Origin: the human T2T-CHM13v2.0 reference genome, Homo sapiens
NCBI RefSeq assembly: GCF_009914755.1
Contig: NC_060946.1
Strand: one strand, 5' to 3'
Length of the DNA: 64,000 bases
Each line of letters begins with the position of its first letter. The stretch's first letter is position 1. The notes beneath the pieces are model-generated. The model did no database searches, had not been told where the DNA came from, and was given only the letters and a program-made list of their open reading frames with translations. The position numbers were made by a program, and so were the translations under genes. Shown here piece by piece: positions 14,867 through 31,864 of this stretch.

Positions 14867-15697
14867 TAGGCAGTTTGCTGAGATGTGTGTGATGTGAAAA
14901 CTCTTCTTCTGTCCTCACCATGGATCTGCAGCATAGTCTACACTGCTCACAAATGGGTGAGTGGGTTATTTGGGGGGGACCTGAAGAAGGGCAGGGCTCT
15001 TGGGGCAAAACTGAGCTGCATATAGGGAAGCAGGGGTGGGAGGATGGGGGCTTGGGGTGGCTGGGCTACTCTGCAGCCTCAGCACCCTCCTTCTCTTGGG
15101 CGGGATGGGGCTGCTCCTCCACAGACCCCAGGGAGGTGTTCTCTCCTTGCAAATCATTGCTAAGACAACACGCTGTATCCCTAACCTGATCCCCCAGCCC
15201 AAACACACCCACATCCACACCCACGCGTGACAGACATGCATGACTAAAAAGCCACCTTAACTCTCATCTTTATAAGCACATGAGGATGGTGAGAGCTTAC
15301 TGAAAACCCAGGAGAAGAGAGAGAATATTTGTTAAACACCCATTCGGTGTTGGGTCTTGAGCAGGTACCTAACATATATGATATAATTTCATCCTCATAA
15401 CAGCCCGGCAGGGTGTGTTTTTTTGCCCCAATTTACAGACAAGAAAATTGAGGTTCAGAGAGAGAAACTCCCCTGCCACCCAGCTAGTGAACCAGGATTC
15501 ATATCCAGACCAGCTCAACTTTTGGAGCACCCTGTAGTCTCCCTATGTGGCTTCCAAGGAGCCCAGGAAGGGTGAGTGCCACAGGGCCTGGAGAACTGGG
15601 TTTGGGTCCCAGCTGTGCCACTCACTTGCTGTGTGGCTAAGGCGGGTGCTCACTTCCTCTGTTTTTCCCCTGTGTAACATGGGGTATGGCCTGTTAG

Positions 15698-16019
<322 letters not shown>

Positions 16020-16532
16020 TAATAGCTCTGCCCTTTCCATGTGGACATGGTCCTGGCCAGCCACAAAGGGGAATGACAGAAGAGAGAAGGAAAGAAAGAA
16101 AGAGGTCGGTGTGGCTTCCGAGGCGCAGCAGCAGCAGCTCAGAGGAACAGGCAGAAGAAAGGCTCTGGCCTTCCCCCTCCAAGAAAGTGGGGTCTTACTA
16201 CCCACAGGATGCCTGCAGGTCGCCGACCCAATTGTGCCCTCACAGCAAATGGACTCACAGCAGCCCAGGGCTTGATTTTTCCAGTTGAGCCCCATCTGCT
16301 GTGGGAACCCGGATGCCCCAGCTCAGCCTTCCTGCCAGCAGGGGGAGGGAGCGTCGGCTGCTGAGGGAGCTGGGATGCATGCGTGTGGGCAGCCAGAGGC
16401 CAGGCATGTGTGGACAAGATGGAGGGCGGCGGGAGAGCAGGGAGGGGTCTGCTGTGTTGCAGCCAGCAAAGAGCAATGTGGAGGAATCAGAACGGCTTCA
16501 GAAGCCACCAAGGCAGCGTATGACATGCTCTA

Positions 16533-16950
<418 letters not shown>

Positions 16951-17263
16951 AGGCAACAGTGGGCAACCAGCAAATAGCACCATGCTTAGGCCACTAGACT
17001 TGGCAGGGCCCAGATCCAGGTGGGAAGGAAGCTGGTTTAGGAGCAAGCAGGGACTTCTACATTGGAGACGTTTCTTGAAGGAGGTATTTCTGGCTGGGTA
17101 GTGTCACAAACGGAATGGGGATTTTGGAGTTAGTCACACTTGACTTTGAATCCTCGCTTTGTCAGTTATCAACAGTGTGACCCTTGGGCAAGGGTCATTA
17201 CTGCTCTGAGCCTCAGTTTCCCCATCCTGTGAAATGGGAATAGTAAAAATAATATTTAGCTTA

Positions 17264-17743
<480 letters not shown>

Positions 17744-17762
17744 GTTATAAGAATTAAATTGG

Positions 17763-18100
<338 letters not shown>

Positions 18101-18454
18101 TCACACTAGAAGTTGCACAGTAAAAGGTAGCAATTTTTATTTCTGAGGTCCCTCTTCCCAAAACATCAGTCCAGGCATAACTTCCCTATAAATTGTCCTC
18201 ACTTCCTACAAAGCCAAGCATGGTCTTGTTGCCAAAATCTATCACAAGAGTCAGGAAATATCTGATTTATTTAATGAACAAATATTTACTGGTCTCCTAT
18301 GAGTAAGCATATGGCACTTCACATTACCTGACAACATTTATGGAGCCCCTCCCCTGTACCAGGCCTTGTTCTAAGAGCGGTGTAAACCTCATACCAGCCC
18401 CATGAAGCCATGGGCTTTGGCTTCAAGGAGATTACACACGCCTAAAGCTGACAC

Positions 18455-18952
<498 letters not shown>

Positions 18953-19398
18953 GTGGCCAAGAGTATACTCTATACTGGGGAAAAGGCCACGTGGTCCAGA
19001 GCAGGGAGATGCTTTGCTCTAGGCTAGCTGTGAATCCAGTGAGCAAATATGGACTGAGTGCCCACCGCTGTGCTAGACCTGGGCTTGGCATGAGAGACAT
19101 GAGGGGTCCAAAACAGGCCTGGTTCATGTCTTTCTAGAGCTTATACTCTCATGAAGGACATGTATGCCATCAGATAATCACACAGCCTGGATAACGTGCT
19201 ATGAAAGAAAAGTACCTATATGGCACCATGAGGGTATGTGACAGGCTAATGTCACATGTAGACAACTAATGTCCATAGAGAGCTTAGAGTATGCCGAGGA
19301 CTGTTTTGAGCACTGCACATACACAAACTCGTTAGTTCTCATTACAACTCTGTGAAGTAAGTACTTCATATTATTTTTATTTTTTAAATTTATTTTAG

Positions 19399-19800
<402 letters not shown>

Positions 19801-20154
19801 TATATAGGTATTTTAATTATCCCCACTCTACAGAGACCAAACTGAAGCAAGGAGAGGTTAAGCCATTTGTTCAAGATTTGTGAATCCAGGCAGTCTGACT
19901 CTAGGGTCTGTGTGTCTAACCACTGCATTCCCTTCTTTTCAGGCTCTACACTTTGCTGCCCTTCAAAGCATCCTCTGAGCTTATGTGGGGATCAGGACAG
20001 GTCTCCCTGAGGAAGTGGTGGTAGAGCTGACCTCTGGCGAATAAGGAGCAGCTAATTAGGCACAATGAAGGCAGGGCTGTGGGAGAGAGAGCAGCAGGAG
20101 CCGAAGGTGGAGGAGGCATGGCTCCTTCAGAGACCTGGAAGAAGGCTGGATCAC

Positions 20155-20226
20155 GAGGAGCCAGTGGAAGAGTGTGGGGAGCACTGAAGGGAGGAGCCAG
20201 TGGAGGAGTGTGGGGAGCACCTAAGG
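20155..20226. repeat. Two-copy 36-bp tandem duplication within L2
   Basis: gaggagccagtgga(a/g)gagtgtggggagcac at 20155 and 20191. Confidence 0.85.
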
Positions 20227-20642
20227 AGAGGAGGCAGGCGGGTCTGGGCCACGTGGGGCCTCATGAGTTGAGCTAAAGAGCTTAGCTTTATCCCAAGAGC
20301 AATGGGAAACTTTAAAGGGCTTAGAACAGGCAGGGCTGTCATGATCTGATTTGCATCTTAAGAAGCAAACGGATTACGAAGGGGTCAAGGGTGGCTCCAG
20401 GGAAGCAGTGAGAAGGCTACTGCAGCTGATCGGAGAGGAGTGATGCCGGTGCTTGGGCCAGGGTAGGTACAAAGGGCATGGACAGAGGCAGATGTGTCTG
20501 AGAGATGTTTAGGAGGTGAATTGAAGCTTGATGGATGGATATGGGTAGTGAAGAGGGTGGCGTTGAGGTTAACTTCTAGGTTTCAGACTTGCCAGCTGGG
20601 TGGAAAAAACCACTTAGGGGGACTGGGAGAGGACCCAGCCTA

Positions 20643-20990
<348 letters not shown>

Positions 20991-22242
20991 GAGACTAGAG
21001 GAGGAAGATCAAAGGTTTGGTTTTGGACATGCTGAGTTTGAGATGCCTTGGGGATGTGCATGTAGAGTGTGGGTGGGGCAGTTGGGTGTGCAGATGTGGA
21101 GCACAGGGGTGCCATCTGGGTTGAAGCTATCTCACAGACACACAGAGAGCTTGCCTATGGATGAAGAGAGGCTTAGGCCTGAGGCTTGGGGAGCCCCAAT
21201 GGTTAGTGACCATCTCAAGAAGACCTTGGGCAAATAATAGTGTTCCTTGGCCCCAATTTCCTTTTCTGTAAAATGGAAATGAAAATCCTAACTCCGTCTA
21301 CCTTACTGGGTTACAGGGATTAAGCAGGAAGAGGAATGTGGACGCTTTAGAAAATGCAGGATGTCAGTGAACTATGAGCAATTTATTATTTTCTATGAGG
21401 GTGACAGAAATAAAGAGTATCCTAAGTGCCCAGGAGGCAAGCGACATCTTGCCTTCTGGAACGGGTGGCCTGAGCTATCTGTTCTTTGCAAATCTGCTTT
21501 TTGGCCAAACTCCCTAGACAAATCATCTTGTGATCTTGTGCCTCGGTGGGCCCCAGCCTCTCTGGCCATCACGCTGTGACATGGTGCTTCATGGTGGGCA
21601 TAGCCAGAGGCCAGGCCAGACAGGGCACGCGGGGCCCCGAGGTTTTCTCACTGTGTCTGGCAGCGGAGGAGGGTGGGCTGGTGGTCAGTGGGGGTGGGGA
21701 TGTGACGACGGGGGGAGGTCAGGAGACCTGGGCCTGCTGTGCACTCTTTGCCTAGCTCTCCACGGGACCTGAGCATGTGCTATTCCTTCTCTGGCCTCAG
21801 ATCTGCACTCTGATGAGGTTGGAGTAGACGATCTCTAAGGCCCTGTCCCTCAATGATGGTCCCGTGCCCATCAAGACCTCTCCCCAGGGCCCATACAGCC
21901 AGGCCATGCTGCTGCCTTACCTGTTCCCTGTGCGAGTAATGACCTTGAATCAAAATAGTCACCGTAATCAGGTATGTAGCGGGCAGGTTCCTCATTTTCT
22001 GTGCCTAGTGTTATGCTCTTATCCCATCTGGGATTTGACTCATCATTAGGATGAATTAGGATCATTAGGATCAATCCGCATTAGGGGATACAGTCTACAG
22101 TCACAGACCTGCACAGACCTGCTGGGTTGCAAGGAGCTTTCTAGTCTCTTGGGCATCTCTTCCCATCTTCTCCTTCCACGCTGTGCTGGCTGGTGTAGCC
22201 AATGGCCGTGAGAAGGGATGCGTTTCAAAAAATGCCTGTGTG

Positions 22243-22711
22243 ATGCATGTTTATAGCAGTACAATTTGCAAGTGCAAAATTGTGGAACCAACCCAAATAC
22301 CTATCCATCAATGAGTGGATAAAGACTGTGGTATAAATATGATGGAATACTACTCAGCAATAAAAAGGAATGACTAATGGCATTTGCAGCAACCTGGGTG
22401 AGATCGGAGACTATTATTCTAAGTGAAGTAACTCAGGAATGGAAAACCAAACATTATATGTTCTCACTCATAAGTGGGAGCTAACCTACGAGGATGCAAA
22501 GGCATAAGAATGATAGAATGGACTCTGGGGATTCAGGGGGAAAGGGTGGGGAGAGGATGAGGTATAAAAGGCTACAAATTGGGTTCATTGTGTCCTGCTT
22601 GGATGATGGGTGCACCACAATCTCACAAATCACCACTGAAGAACTAACTCATGTAACCAAACACCACCTGTTCCCCAACAACCTCTGGAAATAAAAAATT
22701 AAAAAAAAAAA
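22243..22711 (+). mobile_element. 5'-truncated L1PB-like LINE-1 3' end with poly(A) and ~14-bp TSD
   Basis: L1 3' motifs; TSD aaaatgcct(g/c)tgtg at 22229-22242 and 22718-22731. Confidence 0.88.
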
Positions 22712-22726
22712 CACTCCAAAATGCCT

Positions 22727-22783
22727 CTGTGTGTGCGTGTGTGTGTGTGTGTGTATGTGTGTGTGTGTGTGAGAGAGAGAGAG
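22727..22783. repeat. (TG)n(AG)n microsatellite
   Basis: Direct reading. Confidence 0.95.
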
Positions 22784-23532
22784 TCAGAAAGACCTCAAAG
22801 AAGAAAGAGGAGAACAAAGATGGTGGGTGAGAAATAGAAAGAGAAGTCAAACGCTATGGTTTGGAGCATGGGTTCCAGATGCAGCCCGCTTGGGGTCTCC
22901 TCCTGGACCCCCACTGGCTCTGTAGCCTCTGTGCCTTGCCTTTCCCATCTGTGTGATGGGGACACTGATCATCTCACCCTCATAGGGTGGTTGTGAAGAT
23001 GAATTAAGATAATGTTTCAAGTGTCAGGCCTGGCACATCGTCAAGTGTTCAATGAACGTGTGCTATATATAATAGCACATGAAAAGCATTTTGAGAGCCC
23101 AGGGAGCTAACTTGGGGAGTACCATCTGTGCAGGATGCCGGATACATCCCTGCTTCCTGCTGTCAGTAGAGATTGGTGACCAGTCGCACAGGCTCAGGAG
23201 AAAGGCTGCCGGAGTCCATCTTCCTAGCTGTGACCTGGTCCCCCGGGGGCCTCTGCTGCCCCCTCTGCCATATGGAGATCACAAGCACACTTAGCTCACA
23301 GGGTGCTATGAGGAGTAACTGAGTACACACACTTGAAGCAATGAGAATAATGTCTGGTATGCGAGGAGCACCAGCAAATCGTGCTCATCATTCCAGCGGA
23401 GCAAATTGTTGCTGTCTCTCACCGGGCTTTGGGTTACTGAGGCTGCTATTTATTAAAGTGTGGGTTGTGACTCATTACTAGGTCATGAAATCGGTGTAGT
23501 GGTAGCAACCAGCCCTTAAAGAAATGAACCGG

Positions 23533-23841
<309 letters not shown>

Positions 23842-24229
23842 CTAGGACAGAATAGAAACTGCCGGCCAGTGTGCGTTCAGGAAGGCTGGGTGGCTTTTGG
23901 GGAACATTTTGCTCTGGTTCTGCAGATGTGAGTGAGTACAAGTGGCAGCTTAGATGTTTCCTAACCATGGGGTGGGGTCACAATAGTTTTAGCCGCACTG
24001 GTTGTGATGACTTCTGGAGGGGATGTCTCTCAGAAGCCCCCTCATGGCAATGTTTTCTAGAAGGGGCTGAGAGCCCTGGGCAGTGGACAGGTAGCAGGAT
24101 AATGGACCTGGATAATGCTCCCAGGGTGCAGTCCCAGAAAGTGTGCCGGGCTGGGGCAGGTCATTTTCCCTCTTGGGCCTCCGTTTTTCCCTCATCTGTA
24201 AAATGGGAGGGTGGGGCTGGGTGATCCTA

Positions 24230-24561
<332 letters not shown>

Positions 24562-25165
24562 CTAAAACTCTAGGCGGGTGAAGCCTGGTGGACGCCCCTC
24601 ATGCTGTTCCACTGGGGCTCTGGGGAGACCTAAAAAAGCACTGTTCACGGGAGGCTCAGAGAAGTTGTGTAACTTGCCAAAGGTCACAGAGTGGAGCACC
24701 CCTTGAATTCAGGCCCTTTTATTCTAAGTAACAACCTCGGGTTTTGACACCTGGTCTCCCCACACTTCCCTGGCTCATGTTCCCTGGTGGGACTGGTGGA
24801 GGTGGGGAGAGAGGGGCAATGGGAAGGAGGGACACTGTCTGAGGCCAGGAAGGGTGGCTCTGGCCCAGGTTGACACCCAATATCCTCCTCTGACCTCATT
24901 CTGGGAAGAGGGTGAACATGCCAGCTGCCCTAGGGCGGGCGGTACCTTGTTTATTCACTTAGCAAACCTCTCCTGGGTCTGATCCTGGGAAAGGCCCTGT
25001 GCTGGAGGGGGTGGATGGGTGGGAGGAGGACACTCTATTTGCAGCCACTCCTTGTGGTGTCCTCAAGCTGTTCACAGTCCGTGGGGAGAAGATTCCGTAA
25101 CAGAAACCAAGATGAAACAGACCGGCAATAGAGTGGTCACCTCCCCGCACAGCAGCCTCGTCCTA

Positions 25166-25599
<434 letters not shown>

Positions 25600-26116
25600 G
25601 CCGGCTGTCTTGTCAAATACATATAGGATCAAACCCCTTCTCAGCCACCTCTCCACTACCGGGCCCGAGCACCTGCCTTTTGAGCCTGGAGATAGCTGTG
25701 GTCTCCTAAGTGGTCTCCCTCTCCTGCAGAAGCTGGAGTGATACTGGTAGCCTGGACATCAGACCATGCCTGTCCCCTGCTCAGAACCCACCCGTGGTGG
25801 TCTCATCTCAGAGGAAAGCAGAGGCTCCCAAGTCCTGGTCCCCACCCCTTCTGCCACCTGCCTTCCCCTCGTCTGCTTATCACAGGGCGTCCTGGCTGTT
25901 ATGAACCTGCCAGCTTCAGATGCTTTGCACTGGCGGTTCCCTCTGCCTGAATGCTCTTCCAGGATATATGCACCTCCCAAGCACTCCCTCACCTCCTTTA
26001 GGTCTCTGCTTCAATGTCACCTTTGCCACAAGGACTTTCTGACCACCCTGTTGCAAACTGAAGCCCTCCCCGGGCGCCCATCTCTCCTCCCTGTTTCCTC
26101 TTTGTTCTTTGCGCTC

Positions 26117-26202
26117 ATCGCTATGCAATGGGACACAACAGTGAGCATGGATCGTGGCAATCGCTCTGCAATGGGATGCGACAGTGAACACGGATTGTGG
26201 CG
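26117..26202. repeat. Two-copy 43-bp tandem duplication
   Basis: atcgct(a/c)tgcaatggga... at 26117 and 26160. Confidence 0.85.
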
Positions 26203-27002
26203 AATGCCTGCTGAATGCTCACTGGGTTCGGGGCAGGTGCGAATTGCTGTCCGACTCTAACTCCCTTAATCCTCATGGCAATGCTAGGAAGATGACAATG
26301 AGCATCATCCCCATTGCAAGGAAACCGAGGCCCAGGGAGGTTCACCGGGAAGTGGCAGAGCTGGATTTGAAGCCCCGAGTGTGCCAAAGCCTGCCTCCCA
26401 CTGGTGTCCAAGTTCTGTAAATTCACCCCCCAGACGGCCATCGTATGGGTCCTCCCTGCCTTGGCCGCCTTCTGCCTCCCTCCTTGGTTCCACTCCTGCT
26501 GTTGGCTTCCCCCAGGCTGCCTGTCATCGTCCTCAGGTGGTCAGTGAATCCCTGGGGAGGTGTCAAATTTAAGCGCAACTGGGTGTACCTCTCTTGTGTG
26601 TGTTGTGGGGAGCTGAGTGGGGGCATCTGCTTTGATGAGGGCCTGCCTCCCTTCCCCCTTCTCTCCACTTCTGGCTATGGAGTGTGGCCTGGTGATCCCC
26701 CCATTGAGGCCTGTGTGTGTGGCCTGTGTCACACCCCCTGGAGGGAGTACGTCAGAGACAGCAGCCAGCCCTGGGCCCCTCACCCACACCTCCAGCCCCA
26801 GGCTCTGAGTATGGAGTGGGGAGACCTGACCATACCCCGCAGTCCTGGACAATGAGTGGCCACAATAGAGTGGATTTTGGGGTCTGGCACACAGTAGGTG
26901 CTTAATACATGACTGTTGGAGGAAGCCAAATTCCTCTGATTCTTCTTCCCTTACTCCAAATCACAATAGGACAGCTAGGAAATGTCACCTCCCATCTCCT
27001 GG

Positions 27003-27190
27003 ACACAACACGCACACATACACACACACAACACACAGGGACCCACATACACACAGACATGTGCAAACACACAAGCGCTTACACATTCAGACATAGACAC
27101 TCAAACACACAGACATGCGGGTACCGAAAGACACAGAACACAGCACAGACTCATGCCCTCATGCACAAAGACAGATGCATGGATGCACGC
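27003..27190. repeat. (CA)n-rich tract (UG-rich in the pre-mRNA)
   Basis: Degenerate CA repeats. Confidence 0.85.
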
Positions 27191-27769
27191 TTGACATTCA
27201 AGAGAAGTCACACCCCGGTCACCACAGCCTCGTTCCTCACCACGCTCCTTAATCTTTGGTTAATGAGGGAAGAGGATATGGAGGCTGCCACAGCAGACAC
27301 ATTCGATGGGCCCACAGCGCTGGTTGGGAGAAACAGTCCAGTCACATTCATTACTGGGTAAGCCAGTTATAGGTGGGGCGAAATCCATATTGGTCATGGC
27401 TTTATGGAGGCCGGGGTAGTGATGAGGGACTCCTATAGCTGTTTCTCTATCAGTGTGGTTCAGGAGAGGCTGGGGGACTCCTCAGTTACTCATAGGCACT
27501 GGGGAGTAAGAGTGTCCATTCATTAATTCATTCATTCATTCGTCCATCAGATATTAATTGAGTGCCTTCCTTCTGCCAAGCCCTCCAAGAGGCTGGACAA
27601 CATCTTAAGCTTGGCCTGCTGGCTTGAGCGCGGTGAGCCCCACCATCCTTTCCACCCCCGGAGATGAGCTCTGAACTGCTGTCCAGCCATGCTCTTCTGG
27701 CATTCTCTGTCCTCCCTCTCTGCTCTACATCCCCAGTCCAGCTGGTGTAGCAAGGATGGTGGGAGTTAC

Positions 27770-29100
27770 CCCAGACACCTCATTGGCCACTCCTGCTCAG
27801 CCCCCTTTCCTGGAGTGTCCTCATCTCACTGGCCCCTAAGCCTTCGTGGTGTCCTGGAGCTTAGTGTCTGGGCTTCTCCCCTTCTCTCTCTGTGCCACTC
27901 CCTCGGTGAGTTCATTGAGTTTCATGGCTTTAAATATCACCTACGTGCCAACAACGTGAAAACTCACTATCTCTGGCCAGGACCTCTCCTGTGAACCCTG
28001 GCCTCAGGTCCATACCGAGCCCGTGACATTGTCCCAGGAAGTCCCACAGGCATCTCTAACTGAATATGTCTGATATTGAGCCCCAGTCTCAACCTGTTGT
28101 TCCCCCATGGGCACGGCCCCTTGGCACCATCCTTGCCTCCTTCCTTTGTCTCGAAATCCACATTCAGCCTTTCAGAAAATCCTGTGTGCGGTGCCCTGGA
28201 AATATTTTCAACATTGATCCTATTTCACCCCCTTCACTGCTACCACTCTGGTTCAAGCTGTCATCACCTCCTGCCTAAATTATAGCAACAGAGTTTTAAC
28301 TCTTCTGTCGGCTTCTGCCCTGGTCCGATTTCAGTCCCTTATGAACACAACAGCCAGAGCCTGTTCAAAAGTGAGATGGTGTCTGTCAATCAGAGCAAAC
28401 CCCCAAATTCTCGCTGCAACCCACAGGGTCCTTGAGGCTCTCCACACTTGCTCTTCCTTTGCTCTTCCTTGCTCACTCTCTTCTTGTCTCACGGGGCTCA
28501 GTCCTATTCCTCAGATATTCCAGGCATGCTCCCAACCCAGGACCTTTGCACTTGCTGTTTGCTCTTTCTTTCTTTTTTTTTTTTTTTTGAGACAGAGTTT
28601 TGCTCTTGTTGTCCAGGCTGGAGTGCAATGGCATGGTCTCAGCTCACCGCAACCTCCACCTCCTGGGTTCAAATGATTTTCCTGCCTCAGCCTCCTGAGT
28701 AGCTGGGAATACAGGCATGCACCACCACGCCTGGCTAAATTTTTTGGTATTTTTAGTAGAGACGGGGTTTCTCCATGTTGGTCAGGCTGGTCTCGAACTC
28801 CCAACCTCAGGTGATCTGCCCACCTTGGCCTCCCAAAGTGCTGAGATTACAGGCACCCGCCACCACGCCTGGCCACTGTTCATTCTTGATCCCATCCCTA
28901 CTCTAGAATTCCCCATCCCCCGTCCCTGCTTGACTTTTTTCCCCATAGGGCTTATCTTAGTCTAACATGTTATATCATTCACCTGTTAGTTTCATTTTTT
29001 GCAGACTGCAAGTACCCTGAGGGCCATAACCTCAGTACCTCAAAGAGGGCCTGGCATACAGGGGGGCCCACTCCAGAAAGATCTGTGGAGTGTGTGAATT
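27770..29100 (+). mobile_element. L2 element with nested Alu
   Basis: catggctttaaatatcacct, caggcatctctaactgaatatgtc, ggacctttgcacttgctgtt. Confidence 0.65.
28570..28874 (-). mobile_element. AluS
   Basis: Full dimer. Confidence 0.9.
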
Positions 29101-29318
29101 GCTCACACTTACAAGTGAAGGAAGACGCTACATCTGTTTCATGGACCTTGTGACTTCATAGGAAATTTAAGGGGCCCAAGCGTTGTGCGTTCCTGGTGGG
29201 GCTCAGGTTGGTCCAGTTCCTCATGCTGCAGAGGTCTTGGGTTTAGGAATACTCCGGAAGGCATGGATTGTGCCCCATCCAGCTCACACCTCTGCTTTTC
29301 CAGGAAGAATTAATTTAG

Positions 29319-30098
<780 letters not shown>

Positions 30099-30337
30099 CT
30101 ACCCCTCTGATCCTCAAACATGATGCTCTGTGCCTGCTTTAAGGACTTTGCTCTTGCTATTCTCTCCATCAGCTACTCTCTTCCCCAGAAATCTTCTTAC
30201 CTGGTTCCCTTTCTTTACTCAGAGAAACTTTGGGACCACCTTATCTAAGTGACATGCCCTCAGGACCCACTGGCCCCTCCCCCATCACTCTCCACTCTCC
30301 AACCCCTCCCAGACCACTCAGAAACTATCTCAGCTGG

Positions 30338-30623
30338 GGCCGGGCGTGGTGGCTCACGCCTGTAATCCCAGCACTTTGGCAGGCTGAGGCAGGCGGATCA
30401 CCTGAGGCCAGGAATTTAAGACCAGCCAGGCTAACATGGTGAAACCCCATCTTTACTAAAAATACAAAAAAATTAGCCAGGCATGGTGGCGCATGCATGT
30501 AATCCCAGCTACTCGGGAGGCTGAGGCAGGAGAATCGCTTGAACCCGGGAAGCAGAGGTTTGGCATTACTTGCACTCCAGCCTGGATGAAAGAGCAAGAT
30601 ACAGCAACAACAACAACAACAAA
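30338..30623 (+). mobile_element. AluS with internal deletion
   Basis: TSD aaactatctcag. Confidence 0.88.
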
Positions 30624-31657
30624 ACTATCTCAGGGTGCAGAGGGCAGGGACAGGGTGTTTCACACTTGTTTATTACTTGTTTCTTACACTAGGATGTAAC
30701 CTTCACGAAGGCACTGGCCCTCTTTATTTGGTTCACTCTTGGATCCCCAGGACTGACAATAGTGCTGGCACTCAGTGAGTGCTTAGTAAATATCTCTCGA
30801 GTGAATGAATGAATGAATTGGCTCTGGTGCCACCTTCTCTAGGGAACTCTTATGGAAGGACCTCCTCTGGTCTGGGTTAGGGGACAGGTTCCCTCAGCAC
30901 CACACGATTCCTTCTATTCCAGCATGCAGCATAAACATTAGGTCTGTAGGTCTCCCTCCAGATGGCTAGCCCTCAGGGAGAGGAGCTGCTTCTGCCCCCT
31001 CACAGCCTCCCCTGCGGCAGATGAGCGGTGCAGATGGGTTTGACAGACCTTAACTAGGAGTGGACTCAGGCCCTCTCCACCCCAGGTGCAGCTCAGCCCG
31101 CCTCCTTCAGCCTAAGCTCTGCCCACCTCTGGGAGCCACCTGCCTACTTCTGGCGAATGGGGGCCCAGCTGTTTTCCTCTGGAAGCCTGTTGCTTGCATT
31201 GATCTCGGGGCATTAGACCATGATTTACTTGAGTGTTCACATATTCACCCACCCAGTCACTTCATTGCTCAGTCATCAAAGTGCTTTTTTGGGTCAAATT
31301 CCCTGCCATGGCCTTTTCTGGGTGCTTGGGGTGCAGAAATGAATGGGACATAGCTCTGCCTTCAAGAAGCTCATAGTCTCTTGGGGATCCCGAGTGTGAA
31401 CCAGTGACATTGCAGCAAAGTGTGGTCGGGGTTGAATTGTAGACACATGCAGGGTGCCAGGGAGGCCCCAGAGGAGCTTCTGAATCAGAAGCGGGGGTAG
31501 GGACTGGGGGCAGGGGATCCTTCTAGAAAAATCATCCCCGTCTTCCAGCTTCTCTCAAGATCTAGGTTAGAACTTCGTAGAGAATGATAGAAACTTGCGT
31601 CTTCCAGCTTTAAAGAATTATTTTTGTTTTCCGGCCCAGGACTAGCATTTTATAGAC

Positions 31658-31864
31658 CAGGGGTCAGCAAACTATACCAAATGAAGCCTGCTGCCTGGTT
31701 GTGTAAATCAAGTTAAGTTTCACTGTAACACAGCCACACATATGCCTCCATATTGTCAGTGGCCACAAGAGCAGAGTTGGGTAAATGGGACAGAGATTGC
31801 ATGGCCCACAAAGCCTAAAATATTCAACATCTGATTCTTTACAGAAAAAGTTTGCCGACCCCTG
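31658..31864 (-). mobile_element. MER58A, complete with terminal inverted repeats
   Basis: CAGGGGTCAGCAAACT ... AGTTTGCCGACCCCTG. Confidence 0.85.

Noticed and set aside
16333-16350. CTCF-like CCAGCAGGGGGAG between inverted Alus
   Set aside because: Mismatch at the conserved C of GGC; cannot be supported without ChIP data
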